Assembly: GCA_049586815.1 (NCBI GenBank)
Contig: JBAVCR010000182.1
Location: 7,056-71,055 of the forward strand
DNA length: 64,000 nucleotides
Direction of reading: 5' to 3'
Source: Anaeromyxobacteraceae bacterium
Lineage (GTDB): Bacteria; Myxococcota; Myxococcia; Myxococcales; Anaeromyxobacteraceae
The notes under the pieces are model-generated. The model was not told the DNA's origin and made no database searches. It saw only the letters and a list, made by a program, of their open reading frames with translations. Positions 16,383 to 25,777 of the stretch are shown here, piece after piece; the first letter of the stretch is position 1; every line of letters starts with the position of its first letter. Position numbers and translations under genes: made by a program.

Positions 16383-17392
16383 ACGTGCTCCTCACCGGAG
16401 GCAGCGGCTTCATCGGCTCCAACCTGGTGCGCCTGCTGCTCGCCGAGCGGCCGGGCTGGCGCATCGTGAACCTCGATAGGCTCACCTACGCCGGGAACGC
16501 CGAGAACCTGGCCGACCTGGCCGGCAACCCGCGCTACCGCTTCGTCCGCGGCGACATCTGCAACGGCGAGCTCATCGCCGACCTCTTCCGGAACGAGAAG
16601 TTCGACGCGGTGATGCACCTCGCCGCCGAGAGCCACGTCGATCGCTCCATCCTCGCGCCGTCGATCTTCATCGAGACGAACGTCCGGGGCACGCAGGTGC
16701 TGCTCGAGGCGGCGCGCGAGTTCGGCGTGAAGCGCTTCCTGCACGTCTCCACCGACGAGGTCTACGGCTCGCTCGGTCCCACCGGCCTCTTCACCGAGAC
16801 CACCCCGCTCGACCCGTCCTCGCCCTACTCGGCGTCGAAGGCGTCGTCGGACCTGCTCGCGCTCGCCTACGCCCACACCTTCAAGCTCCCGGTGGTGGTG
16901 ACCCGCTGCTCGAACAACTACGGGCCCTACCAGTTCCCCGAGAAGCTCATCCCGCTCATGATCGCGAACGCGGTCCGCGACCTGCCGCTCCCGGTCTACG
17001 GCGACGGCATGAACGTGCGCGACTGGATCCACGTCGAGGACCACGGGCGCGGGCTCCTCGCGGCGCTGGAGAAGGGGGAGCCAGGGCAGGTCTACAACTT
17101 CGGCGCCTCGTCGGAGCGGCACAACATCCAGATCGTGAAGCAGGTCCTCTCGCTCGTCGGCAAGCCCGAGTCGCTCATCCAGTACGTGAAGGACCGCCCC
17201 GGCCACGACCGGCGCTACGCCATCGACTCGTCGAAGGCCCAGGCGAAGCTGGGCTGGGCGCCGCGCCACAGGTTCGAGGAGGCGCTCTCGGCCACGGTGA
17301 AGTGGTACGTGGAGAACCGCCCCTGGTGGGAGCGCATCCTCACCGGCGAATACCTCAGGTACTACGAGAAGCAGTACGGGGTGTCGCGGTGA
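16379..17392 (+). CDS. rfbB: dTDP-glucose 4,6-dehydratase
   Basis: The ATG at 16379 overlaps the rfbC stop (ATGA). The product has MNVLLTGGSGFIGSN, LTYAGN, HLAAESHVDRS and YSASKASSD. It is 337 aa. Confidence 0.95.
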   Translation: MNVLLTGGSGFIGSNLVRLLLAERPGWRIVNLDRLTYAGNAENLADLAGNPRYRFVRGDICNGELIADLFRNEKFDAVMHLAAESHVDRSILAPSIFIETNVRGTQVLLEAAREFGVKRFLHVSTDEVYGSLGPTGLFTETTPLDPSSPYSASKASSDLLALAYAHTFKLPVVVTRCSNNYGPYQFPEKLIPLMIANAVRDLPLPVYGDGMNVRDWIHVEDHGRGLLAALEKGEPGQVYNFGASSERHNIQIVKQVLSLVGKPESLIQYVKDRPGHDRRYAIDSSKAQAKLGWAPRHRFEEALSATVKWYVENRPWWERILTGEYLRYYEKQYGVSR

Positions 17393-18294
17393 AGGTCGCC
17401 GTCACCGGCGCGAACGGCATGCTGGGCGGTGAGGCGGTGGCCCAGCTGGCCGGCCACCACCAGGTGCTGGCGCTCGGGCTCGGCCCCGGGCGCCCCCCGA
17501 CCGACGGCGCCTACCAGTGGGTCGAGGCCGACCTCGGCGACGGCGTGTCGGTGGAGGCGGCGCTCCGAGCATTCGCACCCCAGGCCGTCCTCCACGCCGG
17601 CGCGGTCACCGACGTCGACGGTTGCGAGAAGGAGCCGGTCACGGCGTGGAGGGTCAACGTCGGGGGAACGGAACAGGTAGCCCGTTCTTGCCGCGCGCTG
17701 GGCGCGCGGCTGGTCTACGTCTCCACCGACTACGTCTTCGACGGCGCGGCCGGCCCCTACGGCGAGGACGACGTCCCGAACCCGCGGGGGGTCTACTCCC
17801 AGTCGAAGATGGCCGGCGAGTGGGCGGCCCTCTCCATCGCCCCGGACTCCGCGGTGGCCCGGGTCGCGGTGGTCTACAGCGGCCGGCCCACCGCCCGCCC
17901 CACCTTCGCCACCCAGGTGGTGGACAAGCTCCGGCGCGGCGAGGTCGTGAAGGCCTTCGACGACCAGTTCACCTCGACCACGCTCGCGGCGAGCGGCGCG
18001 GCCATGTGCCTGGAGCTCCTCCTCGAGCACGCCTACCGGGGCGTGCTCCACGTGAGCGACGAGACGGTCATGGACCGGGTCGACTTCGCGAACCGGGTGG
18101 CCCGGACCTTCGGCCTCGAGGGCCGGATCGAGGGGGTGAAGACGGCCAGCGTGAAGCTGCCGGCGCCCCGGCCACTCAAGGGCGGCCTGAAGGTCTCCCG
18201 GGCGAAGGAGTTGCTCCGGAACAAGCCCCTCGGGATCGAGGAGGCGCTCGCCCGTTTCCGGCAGGAGTTCGCAGCGCGACTCCCGAACGGGTGA
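17389..18294 (+). CDS. rfbD: dTDP-4-dehydrorhamnose reductase
   Basis: The GTG at 17389 overlaps the rfbB stop (GTGA). The product has VAVTGANGMLG and STDYVFDG..GPY.E.D..NP...Y..SK..GE. It is 301 aa. Confidence 0.9.
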   Translation: MKVAVTGANGMLGGEAVAQLAGHHQVLALGLGPGRPPTDGAYQWVEADLGDGVSVEAALRAFAPQAVLHAGAVTDVDGCEKEPVTAWRVNVGGTEQVARSCRALGARLVYVSTDYVFDGAAGPYGEDDVPNPRGVYSQSKMAGEWAALSIAPDSAVARVAVVYSGRPTARPTFATQVVDKLRRGEVVKAFDDQFTSTTLAASGAAMCLELLLEHAYRGVLHVSDETVMDRVDFANRVARTFGLEGRIEGVKTASVKLPAPRPLKGGLKVSRAKELLRNKPLGIEEALARFRQEFAARLPNG

Positions 18295-18312
18295 CGTGCT
18301 AGAACGGGCAGG

Positions 18313-20112
18313 ATGCAGCGCTCCGCGACGCCATTCCGCCGGGCCCTGGCCCTCTTCCTCGCCTGCCAGCCCGTGCTCTGGATGAGCAACGTGGCCTACG
18401 CGCAGTCGCTCGGGCAGGGGTACGAGATGCAGCGCCCCGACCCCCGCAGCCAGGACGGGCAGGCGGCCGGTGCGGCGTCGCAGCAGGCCTCCCCACAGCA
18501 GCTCCAGCTCCTCCAGCAGCAGATGGGGGGACAGGGGGCCTTCGGCTCCACCCAGCCGCCCACCTCCGGCCAGCCCGGGGGATCGGGGCTGCTCGGGACG
18601 CCGAGCTTCGGCGTCCCCGGGGCCGCCTCGGAAGGAGAGGGGCTCCGGGTCGACCAGCCGCGCATCCCCCAGGCCTCCACGACGTCACCCCCGGTCGACG
18701 AGCCCATCGACCCGGCGCGCTACGTCCTCGGGCCGAACGACATCCTCGAGCTGCACTTCTGGGGGGTCGAGAACTTCCGCGTCCGCGTGACGGTCGACCT
18801 CGAGGGGAGGGGGTTCGTACCCAAGATCGGATACCTCCCGCTCGGAGGGAAGACGCTCGCAGAGGCCCAGAACATGCTCCGCGATTCGGTGGCCCGGTAC
18901 TTCCCGAAGCTCGGCTTCGGGGTGAACCTGGTCGAGCCGCGCACCTTCCTCGTGCAGGTCGTCGACGACGTGGCCCGGCCCGGCTCCTACCCGGCACGCG
19001 CGATCGAGCGCGTCGCCACGCTGATCCAGCGCGCCGGGGGCTTCGGCCCGAACGCCTCCCGCCGCCGCATCGAGGTGCGCCGCCGCGACGGCACGGTGAT
19101 CACCGCCGACCTGCTCCTCTACGCCATCACGGGCGACGTGAAGCACAACCCGTACGTCCTCGACGGCGACGCCATCCGCGTCCCCTTCCAGTCCCTCGTG
19201 GCGAGCATCGGCGGCGCGGTGAACCGTCCCGGGCGCTACGAGCTCGTGGGCACGAACGACCTCGCCGAGCTGGTCGAGCTGGCGGGAGGTCTCACCCCGG
19301 GCGCCACCACCGGCCTGCCGGTGCAGGTTGTCCGGCGCGCCCCCGAGGAGAAGCTGGTTCGCCTCTCCTTCGACTTCTCCACCGAGGGCAAGCTGCCCCT
19401 CGTGCCCATCGTCCGCGAGGACAGCGTCTGGATCCCCGCCTTCCTCGAGCTGCAGCAGTCGGTGACCATCACCGGCGCGCTCGCCGGGGTCGCGCCCACT
19501 GCCGGCGTGGCGGGGACTACGACGGCGCTCGCCACCGGCGGAGCCAACGCGAACAGCGCCACGAGCGCAATGAACGACGACGGCGGGGCCACGCGGCGCC
19601 TGCCCTTCGCCCAGGGCGATACGGTCCGGAGCATGCTCGAGCGGGTGGGCGGCGTGGGCCCCCTCGCGGACCTCAAGGGCTCCTACATCCTCCGGAACAA
19701 CCAGGCCATCCCGGTCGACCTGTACGCGCTCGTCATGATGCGCGACCTCAGGGCCGACAAGCCGGTGGAGCTCGGCGACACCATCGTCATCCCGTTCAAG
19801 CGGCCGAACGTGCTGGTCGAGGGAGCGGTCTTCAAGCCGGGACCGTACCCCTACAATCCGAACTTCAACGTCGAGCAGTACCTGGCCCTCGCCGGCGGTC
19901 CCAACCGCTTCGCCCAGAGCACCGACAACGTCTACATGGTGACGCCGGAGGGGCAGACCAGGGAGTTCGCCCCGGACCTGAAGGTCGAGCCGGGCGCGTC
20001 GCTCGTGGTGCCGGAGCGGAACTTCTCCCGGAGCGAGGTGGTGGCCATCATCCTCGCCGGGGCGGGCCTCCTGCTCAGCGGCGTCACCATCTGGCTGACC
20101 CTTCGCAAATGA
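18313..20112 (+). CDS. polysaccharide export (OPX/Wza-like) protein with repeated SLBB domains
   Basis: 599 aa with a signal peptide, a Q/G/P-rich linker and a Poly_export-like segment (YVLGPNDILELHFWG ... VDLEGRGFVPKIGYLPLGGKTLAEAQNML). Repeated soluble-ligand-binding beta-grasp-like segments follow. A C-terminal hydrophobic helix (VVAIILAGAGLLLSGVTIWL) is present. Confidence 0.7.
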   Translation: MQRSATPFRRALALFLACQPVLWMSNVAYAQSLGQGYEMQRPDPRSQDGQAAGAASQQASPQQLQLLQQQMGGQGAFGSTQPPTSGQPGGSGLLGTPSFGVPGAASEGEGLRVDQPRIPQASTTSPPVDEPIDPARYVLGPNDILELHFWGVENFRVRVTVDLEGRGFVPKIGYLPLGGKTLAEAQNMLRDSVARYFPKLGFGVNLVEPRTFLVQVVDDVARPGSYPARAIERVATLIQRAGGFGPNASRRRIEVRRRDGTVITADLLLYAITGDVKHNPYVLDGDAIRVPFQSLVASIGGAVNRPGRYELVGTNDLAELVELAGGLTPGATTGLPVQVVRRAPEEKLVRLSFDFSTEGKLPLVPIVREDSVWIPAFLELQQSVTITGALAGVAPTAGVAGTTTALATGGANANSATSAMNDDGGATRRLPFAQGDTVRSMLERVGGVGPLADLKGSYILRNNQAIPVDLYALVMMRDLRADKPVELGDTIVIPFKRPNVLVEGAVFKPGPYPYNPNFNVEQYLALAGGPNRFAQSTDNVYMVTPEGQTREFAPDLKVEPGASLVVPERNFSRSEVVAIILAGAGLLLSGVTIWLTLRK

Positions 20113-21299
20113 GCTCTCCCTCGCGACCCGGATCGTCCATCGATCTCTCCTTCCTGACTGCTCCGGCGGCGCGAAAGCGCCTCGCGGCATTTCTTGTTCT
20201 TGGAGCCGTGGGCGGGGTGCTCTACTGGGTATTCGCTCCGAAGTGGTACCGGTCGACCGTGACCGTGGTTCCAGCCGCATCACAAAAATCTCCCGGGATC
20301 GCAGGGATGCTGGGGGGAGACCTAGGAGGACTGGCGGCTGGGCTCGGCGCTTCGATGGGCAGTGGGATCGATGTCCCGCGAATCGCTGTAGTGCTTCAGA
20401 GCGTCGCCGTTGCCGACGCGGTCATCGCGAAGTTCGATCTCGCATCCCGCTACGGCCAGAAGCACCAGGAACTCGTTCGAGACGAGCTCTGGGGGCACTG
20501 TGAAGTCAAGACACTCCCCAAGCCGGGACTCGTCCAGCTGAGCTGTGAGGACAGGGATCCCCGCTTCGTGCAGCAGTTGCTGACCTATTTCACGGAGGTC
20601 GGTAACGAGGTCTTTCGCAAGGTCAACGTCTCCTCCGCTTCAGAAGAGGTCCGGTATCTCGAGAGGCGGGTCGTGGAGTTGCGCCAGCAGTCCGACTTGG
20701 CGGCGAGCCGGATGCGCGACTTCCAAGAGAAGCACAAAATCGTCGATCTGGACTCGCAGGCGAAGGCGGTCGTCTCCGCGCTCGCCGGGCTGCAAGGCCA
20801 GCGCATCACCAAGCAGATGGAACTCGGGTACGCGCGAACCTTCTCGGCCAGGAACGAGGCCACCGCGCGACAGCTGGAATCGCAGCTGGAGATCGTCGAG
20901 GAGAGGCTTCGCGACCTCGAGTCGTCGGACATGCCCAGCCCGGGACCAGGCGAGGGGCGGGCAGGTCGGGGTTCCGGGCCCGGGGTGTTTCCTTCGGCAC
21001 TCGCGGTCCCCAAGCTCCGTGCCGAGTTCGAGGCGCTCTACAGGGACCGAAAGGTCGCGGACGCCACCCTGCTCTATACGCTCGACCGGCTGGAGGGTGC
21101 TCGTGCGAGCGAGGCTCGCGACGTCTCCAGCTTCCAGGTGCTCGATCCGTCGACGATCCCGACCCGCCGGGCCCGGCCAAGGGGTCTCGCAAGCGTGGCG
21201 ACCGGGGCGCTGCTCTCCCTGTCTGTGGGCGTGATCCTGGAATGGGTCCGGGCACGGGGGAAGGTGCGCCGGGACGAGGGCACCATTGTGAGTCCGTGA
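20109..21299 (+). CDS. polysaccharide co-polymerase / chain-length determinant (Wzz/GumC-like), no kinase domain
   Basis: 396 aa. The ATG overlaps the upstream stop (ATGA). There is an N-terminal TM helix, a long coiled-coil periplasmic region (RYLERRVVELRQQSD...QLESQLEIVEERLRDLE) and a C-terminal TM helix preceded by QVLDPSTIP. No Walker motifs are present. Confidence 0.65.
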   Translation: MSSPSRPGSSIDLSFLTAPAARKRLAAFLVLGAVGGVLYWVFAPKWYRSTVTVVPAASQKSPGIAGMLGGDLGGLAAGLGASMGSGIDVPRIAVVLQSVAVADAVIAKFDLASRYGQKHQELVRDELWGHCEVKTLPKPGLVQLSCEDRDPRFVQQLLTYFTEVGNEVFRKVNVSSASEEVRYLERRVVELRQQSDLAASRMRDFQEKHKIVDLDSQAKAVVSALAGLQGQRITKQMELGYARTFSARNEATARQLESQLEIVEERLRDLESSDMPSPGPGEGRAGRGSGPGVFPSALAVPKLRAEFEALYRDRKVADATLLYTLDRLEGARASEARDVSSFQVLDPSTIPTRRARPRGLASVATGALLSLSVGVILEWVRARGKVRRDEGTIVSP

Positions 21300-21306
21300 C
21301 GATCGG

Positions 21307-22815
21307 ATGACCAGACCAAAGGCTTCCGTTGCGGCGGGGCTCATCGCCAGGAACACCCTCTGGAATCTCGCCGGTCAGGTCGCGCCCCTGGCCGCGGCCG
21401 TCATCTGCATTCCCCTCCTCATCCGAGGCCTCGCGCCCGAAGGCTTCGGCCTGCTCAGCCTTGCCTGGATGGTCGTGGGGTACTTCAGCCTTTTCGACCT
21501 TGGGCTCGGGCGGGCGCTGACCCAGCTGGTCGCCGATCGTCTCGGAAGCGGTTCCGTCGAGGGAATTCCGGAACTCGTCGCGACGGCCATGGCCCTGATG
21601 CTCGGTCTGGGCGTACTCGGAACGGCGGCGGCACTTGCCGCCACCCCCTGGGCGGTGGACATCGCGCTGAACGTGCCGGCCGGCATGCAGGCGGAGGCGC
21701 GCGGCGCCTTTCGGCTGATGGCCTTCGCCGTTCCGGCGGTGACGATCACGGCGGCGCTTCGAGGGCTTCTCGAGGCCAACCAGCGCTTCGGCGTCGTCAA
21801 CGCGCTGAAGGCTCCTCTCGGCGTCTTCAACTTCGCCGGGCCCGCGGTGACACTGCTGTTCTCGCGGCGCCTGGACGTCGTCGTCGCGGTTCTCGCGGTC
21901 AGCCGGTATGCGTCGGCGTTCGCCCATCTCGTCGCCTGCCGGTCGGCGCTTCCCCTCCAGTTCTCCCTCCGGACGCCGGACTGGACGCTCGCGCCGGGCC
22001 TGTTGAAGTTTGGCGGATGGATGACGGTTTCGAACATCGTCAGCCCCCTGATGGTCTATTTCGATCGGTTCGTCATCGGTTCGCTGGTCTCGATGAGCGC
22101 CGTGGCGTTCTACGTGACCCCGTACGAGATCGTGACGAAGCTGTGGGCCATCCCTGCGGCTCTCGTGGCCGTCCTCTTCCCGGCATTCACCATGATTCGC
22201 GCATCGGATCCGCTCCACGCAGCCCGCTGGCTTGCCCGTGCGATGCGCTACCTGTTCGTGGTCATGTTCCCGCTGACGTTCGGCATCCTCGTGCTGGCCC
22301 CGTGGGGGCTCCGGATCTGGGTGGGTTCCCCGTTCGAGGCCAACAGCACGCGGGTCCTGCAGTGGCTGGCGGCCGGCGTGTTCGTCAACAGCATGGGGTA
22401 CGTGCCCTTCGCCTTCGTCCAGGGCGCGGGCCGGCCCGACCTCACGGCGAAGCTGCATTTCGCCGAGTTGCCGGTCTACGCGGCTGTGCTCTGGTGGGCT
22501 GTCGAGAGGTTCGGAATCGAAGGCGCCGCAATCGCGTGGTTCGCGCGCGTCGCCGTCGACACGGCGCTGCTCATGTGGATCAGCGTCCGTCTCGGCGTCG
22601 ATCGCCGCGTGCTCCGGTCGCCATCCGTGGCGGTCGGGATCGCCCTCGCCTGGATGCTGGCGGGGGGCTTGCTGGCGAGTGGATGGGCATCCCTCGCATT
22701 CCTGGGGGCGACGTACCTGCTCGCTCTGCCGATCTTCTGGAACTTCCTGCTCGATGGGCAGGAGCGCTCCAAGGTGAGACGGACGTTCGCCGGTCTCCTT
22801 GGGCGGGCGGCGTGA
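21307..22815 (+). CDS. wzx: Wzx-type oligosaccharide flippase (polysaccharide biosynthesis protein, MOP superfamily), copy 1
   Basis: 502 aa and polytopic. The N-terminus ARNTLWNLAGQV..L..A.I.IPLLIR.L..E.FG...L.W is typical of Wzx/RfbX. Confidence 0.8.
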   Translation: MTRPKASVAAGLIARNTLWNLAGQVAPLAAAVICIPLLIRGLAPEGFGLLSLAWMVVGYFSLFDLGLGRALTQLVADRLGSGSVEGIPELVATAMALMLGLGVLGTAAALAATPWAVDIALNVPAGMQAEARGAFRLMAFAVPAVTITAALRGLLEANQRFGVVNALKAPLGVFNFAGPAVTLLFSRRLDVVVAVLAVSRYASAFAHLVACRSALPLQFSLRTPDWTLAPGLLKFGGWMTVSNIVSPLMVYFDRFVIGSLVSMSAVAFYVTPYEIVTKLWAIPAALVAVLFPAFTMIRASDPLHAARWLARAMRYLFVVMFPLTFGILVLAPWGLRIWVGSPFEANSTRVLQWLAAGVFVNSMGYVPFAFVQGAGRPDLTAKLHFAELPVYAAVLWWAVERFGIEGAAIAWFARVAVDTALLMWISVRLGVDRRVLRSPSVAVGIALAWMLAGGLLASGWASLAFLGATYLLALPIFWNFLLDGQERSKVRRTFAGLLGRAA

Positions 22816-22899
22816 CGACGCGGTGCCGTGGATTCACGCGTGCGCAGTGGACGCATGCGCGGGACCGGGGCCAGGAGGTGATGTCGAGCGAGGCTCCCG

Positions 22900-24123
22900 T
22901 CAGGAGCGGGGAGGCGATCCCAGGCAGGCCCCCAGCATCGGACGGTAGATGGTCTCCCTGTCGAGCGTGCGAGATGCGAATGCCAGGACCCGTTCGCCCC
23001 AGCTGGGCTCGGATCGCCACCTCGCCTCGCACGCTCGCAAGGCCGAAGCCAGGCTGGATGCGTCGCCCGCCTGGTAGCGATAGCCGAGCCCGGCGCGCTC
23101 GATGACCTCGGCGGATTCGCCGTCGAGGCTATTCACCACCGGAACGCCGCTCAGAAGATAGTCGTTGAGCTTGTACGAGTAGGCGACGTTGCCTCCCGCC
23201 CGGAAGGCGTTCAACCCGACGCGCGCGTTCTTCAGGTGGGCGACGAGGCTCGCATGCGGGATCCTCCCGGACACCCAGCTGCGTGCCGGGATGGACCGAA
23301 GCCGCTCGCGCAGCTCCTGCTCCCGCTCCCCCGCCCCGAGGAGCATCAGCCCAGCGCCAGGATTCTCCCTGGAATACTCCAGGAATCCCTCGACGACGCA
23401 ATCGAGGTCGTAGTTCTGTCCCAACGTCCCCACGTATGCCGCAACGAACGGGCATTCCCGGAGCGGCTCCGGCAAGCAGGGTGCGGGTGCGATCCCCCGG
23501 TAGTACGCCAGGTCGCCTCCGAGCAGGATGGGCACCGCTGGCGGGAGCCCAGCCGGGATGCGAACCTCGTTCGCCCGATCCGCGTAGCGGATCGATTCCG
23601 CAAATACGAGATCTGCTCGACGATACGCGAAATCGGCGATCCGCTTCCATGCCGAAAAGAACGCGGACTGGATCCCTTTCACCTTCCTCACTCCGAGGAG
23701 AGATTCGGGCCACGTGTCGTGAACGTCCACGATCGAGAGCGCCCCCACCAGCCGGGAGAACAGGACACCCGCTGCTGCCGCTCCGTTGTGCGGTACCGCA
23801 AGGAGAATCGCATCCGGAGCACCCCTCAGCATCGCCTCCCGAGCGAGGGCGATCGGAAGCGTGGAATCGAAGATTGCGTGAGACGCAAGCCTCCCGTAGC
23901 TGAGGTTGGAGGAGTAGCCGGGCTCATAGACGCGCACGCAACGCCAGGGTGGGTCCGTCGGAGCACGAACGGACTTGGAATGATGGTCGAACCGGCTCAC
24001 GAACTGGGTGACAGACGCGCCGCGACGGGCGAGTTCCGAGCAGACGTAGGCGTACCGATCGGTCGTCACCGGTGGAGGTACGGCCGCGAACGGCGAGACC
24101 ACCCAGACCAGACGGCGGATCAC
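22900..24123 (-). CDS. glycosyltransferase family 4 (GT-B)
   Basis: The GTG at 24123 overlaps the upstream GT2 stop (GTGA). The product is 407 aa with N-terminal VWVVSPF...DRYAY and a C-terminal GT1/4 core (GLMLLGAGE...VGLNAFR.GGNVAYSYKLNDYLLSGVPVVNS). The track ORF start at 24600 was rejected. Confidence 0.8.
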   Translation of the reverse strand: MIRRLVWVVSPFAAVPPPVTTDRYAYVCSELARRGASVTQFVSRFDHHSKSVRAPTDPPWRCVRVYEPGYSSNLSYGRLASHAIFDSTLPIALAREAMLRGAPDAILLAVPHNGAAAAGVLFSRLVGALSIVDVHDTWPESLLGVRKVKGIQSAFFSAWKRIADFAYRRADLVFAESIRYADRANEVRIPAGLPPAVPILLGGDLAYYRGIAPAPCLPEPLRECPFVAAYVGTLGQNYDLDCVVEGFLEYSRENPGAGLMLLGAGEREQELRERLRSIPARSWVSGRIPHASLVAHLKNARVGLNAFRAGGNVAYSYKLNDYLLSGVPVVNSLDGESAEVIERAGLGYRYQAGDASSLASALRACEARWRSEPSWGERVLAFASRTLDRETIYRPMLGACLGSPPRS

Positions 24124-24875
24124 CGGCTTCCCTCGACGGGTGGTCCAGGCGTTCCTCCGCGGGAGCACGAGCGGACCATGCGCGCCAGGAGCGCACTTCC
24201 CAGGGCCACGCGATCCCAGATCTTGGCGCGGAAGGCCCTCGGGCGATGGCTCAGGTTCCGGCCGTGGACGCGGTACCCGTAGGTCGGGTTCGGATCGACG
24301 ACGATTGTCCCCTGCCACCCGGCGAGGATCCCGAGCCAGCTGTCGTGCATGGGAATTCCCCTGGGGAAGGGTAACGCAATCCGCAGGAGCTCCCGGCGGA
24401 ATGCCATCGTGCATCCCATGAAGGAGTTCTTGGCCAGGTTCCCCCAGAATCCGGTCCGGAAGCGGAGCGCACCCAGGTTCGACTGGGCGATGGTTTGCCC
24501 CTGCGCGTCGATGCGCGTGCCATCGGAGACGAGACACATGGGGGGCGGCCTGATGTCCGAGAAGGCACGGCGAACCCGCTCGAGGCGATCGGGAAACCAT
24601 ACGTCGTCCTGGTCGCAGAGGACGATCACCTCCCGTGTGGCCAGTCGGATCGCGTTCTCGAAGTTGGCGACGGGTCCCCGGGCCTCGGTGAAGACGACGA
24701 CCCGTACGCGCGCGTCTCCGATCGCCTGAAGGAAGGCCAGCGTGCCATCGGACGAGCCGTTGTCGCTGATGACGAACTCGTCCTCCGGGCCCAACTGTGG
24801 GAGCACCGAGGCCACCTGCTCCTGCACGAAGGGCTCGCCATCGAACGTGGCGAGGCAGACGGAGATGGAGATCAT
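24120..24875 (-). CDS. glycosyltransferase family 2
   Basis: The ATG at 24875 overlaps the upstream stop (ATGA). The product is 251 aa with ISVCLATFDGEPFV.EQ..S...Q......FVISDNGSSDGT and LCDQDDVW (DxD). Confidence 0.85.
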   Translation of the reverse strand: MISISVCLATFDGEPFVQEQVASVLPQLGPEDEFVISDNGSSDGTLAFLQAIGDARVRVVVFTEARGPVANFENAIRLATREVIVLCDQDDVWFPDRLERVRRAFSDIRPPPMCLVSDGTRIDAQGQTIAQSNLGALRFRTGFWGNLAKNSFMGCTMAFRRELLRIALPFPRGIPMHDSWLGILAGWQGTIVVDPNPTYGYRVHGRNLSHRPRAFRAKIWDRVALGSALLARMVRSCSRGGTPGPPVEGSR

Positions 24876-25777
24876 GGCGGCCCTGCTCCGAGCGGATTCG
24901 GAGGCCCTGGGCCCATCCGGCCCGCCAGGCCGTCGCGCACGCCGCGGACCATCATCCCGATCTTGGCGCCCTTGCCCCTCTCGAGCATCAGGATCTTCGC
25001 CATCTCCCAGACCGTCGAGAGAATCTCGCGGGAGAGCCAGGCGGGAGCGTCGCCGAAGTACCCCCGGACCATGGCCACCCGGTTCCGGCACTTGTAGTAG
25101 CGGCGGATGGGGGAATGGTTCGTGGTGGTGATGGAGAGGCTCGCCAGCTGGACCGTACGTGGTGAGCCGATCCGGTGCTCCAGGGTCACGCCTCCGTCGC
25201 GGAGGATCCAGTGGCCGGCCCGTCGAAGGCGCAGGCACATCTCGAAATCGACGTAGTCGATGAAGAAGTCCTCGCGATACCCGCCTATCCCGACCATCGC
25301 CCCCACGCTCGCCAGGGAGCCGGACGTGATGGCCCGCTCCACCCTGACCATCCCGGAGCCGAGCCCGTCCCCGGCGAGGGCGGGGACCACCAAGGCCGGT
25401 CGCTCCGCCGCTGGATGGCGGAGGGCCGCGTGGAGCAGTCGGGCCACGTACCCCTTCTGGATCCCGCTGTCCTGATCGAAGGCGACGACCCAGGCCGCCC
25501 CGATCGCGGCCGCCCTCTCGGTGGCGCGGTTGAGTGCGGCGCCGATCCCTTGGTTCTCGCCGTTGCCCATCCATGTGACGTTCGCCCGGGAACGGAGGCT
25601 CGATGCCGGCGCCCACGGGGTGCCACCCGGCGTGTTGTCGAAGACGACGAGTTCCCTGACCTGCGGAGCCAGCCGTAGGAGCGATTCCTCCGTGCTCTCG
25701 TCAGGGTTGTGGAGAACCACGACGCCCAGGACCCCGGAGGGGTCGTCGATCCGAAGATCTGAACGGGGACTATCCAT
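24872..25777 (-). CDS. glycosyltransferase family 2, rhamnosyltransferase-like
   Basis: 301 aa with VVVLHNPD, VVFDNTP, GENQGIGAALN, AFDQDS, SGSL and FFIDYVD.E.CLR, the pattern seen in WbbL/RgpB-type rhamnosyltransferases. Confidence 0.75.
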   Translation of the reverse strand: MDSPRSDLRIDDPSGVLGVVVLHNPDESTEESLLRLAPQVRELVVFDNTPGGTPWAPASSLRSRANVTWMGNGENQGIGAALNRATERAAAIGAAWVVAFDQDSGIQKGYVARLLHAALRHPAAERPALVVPALAGDGLGSGMVRVERAITSGSLASVGAMVGIGGYREDFFIDYVDFEMCLRLRRAGHWILRDGGVTLEHRIGSPRTVQLASLSITTTNHSPIRRYYKCRNRVAMVRGYFGDAPAWLSREILSTVWEMAKILMLERGKGAKIGMMVRGVRDGLAGRMGPGPPNPLGAGPP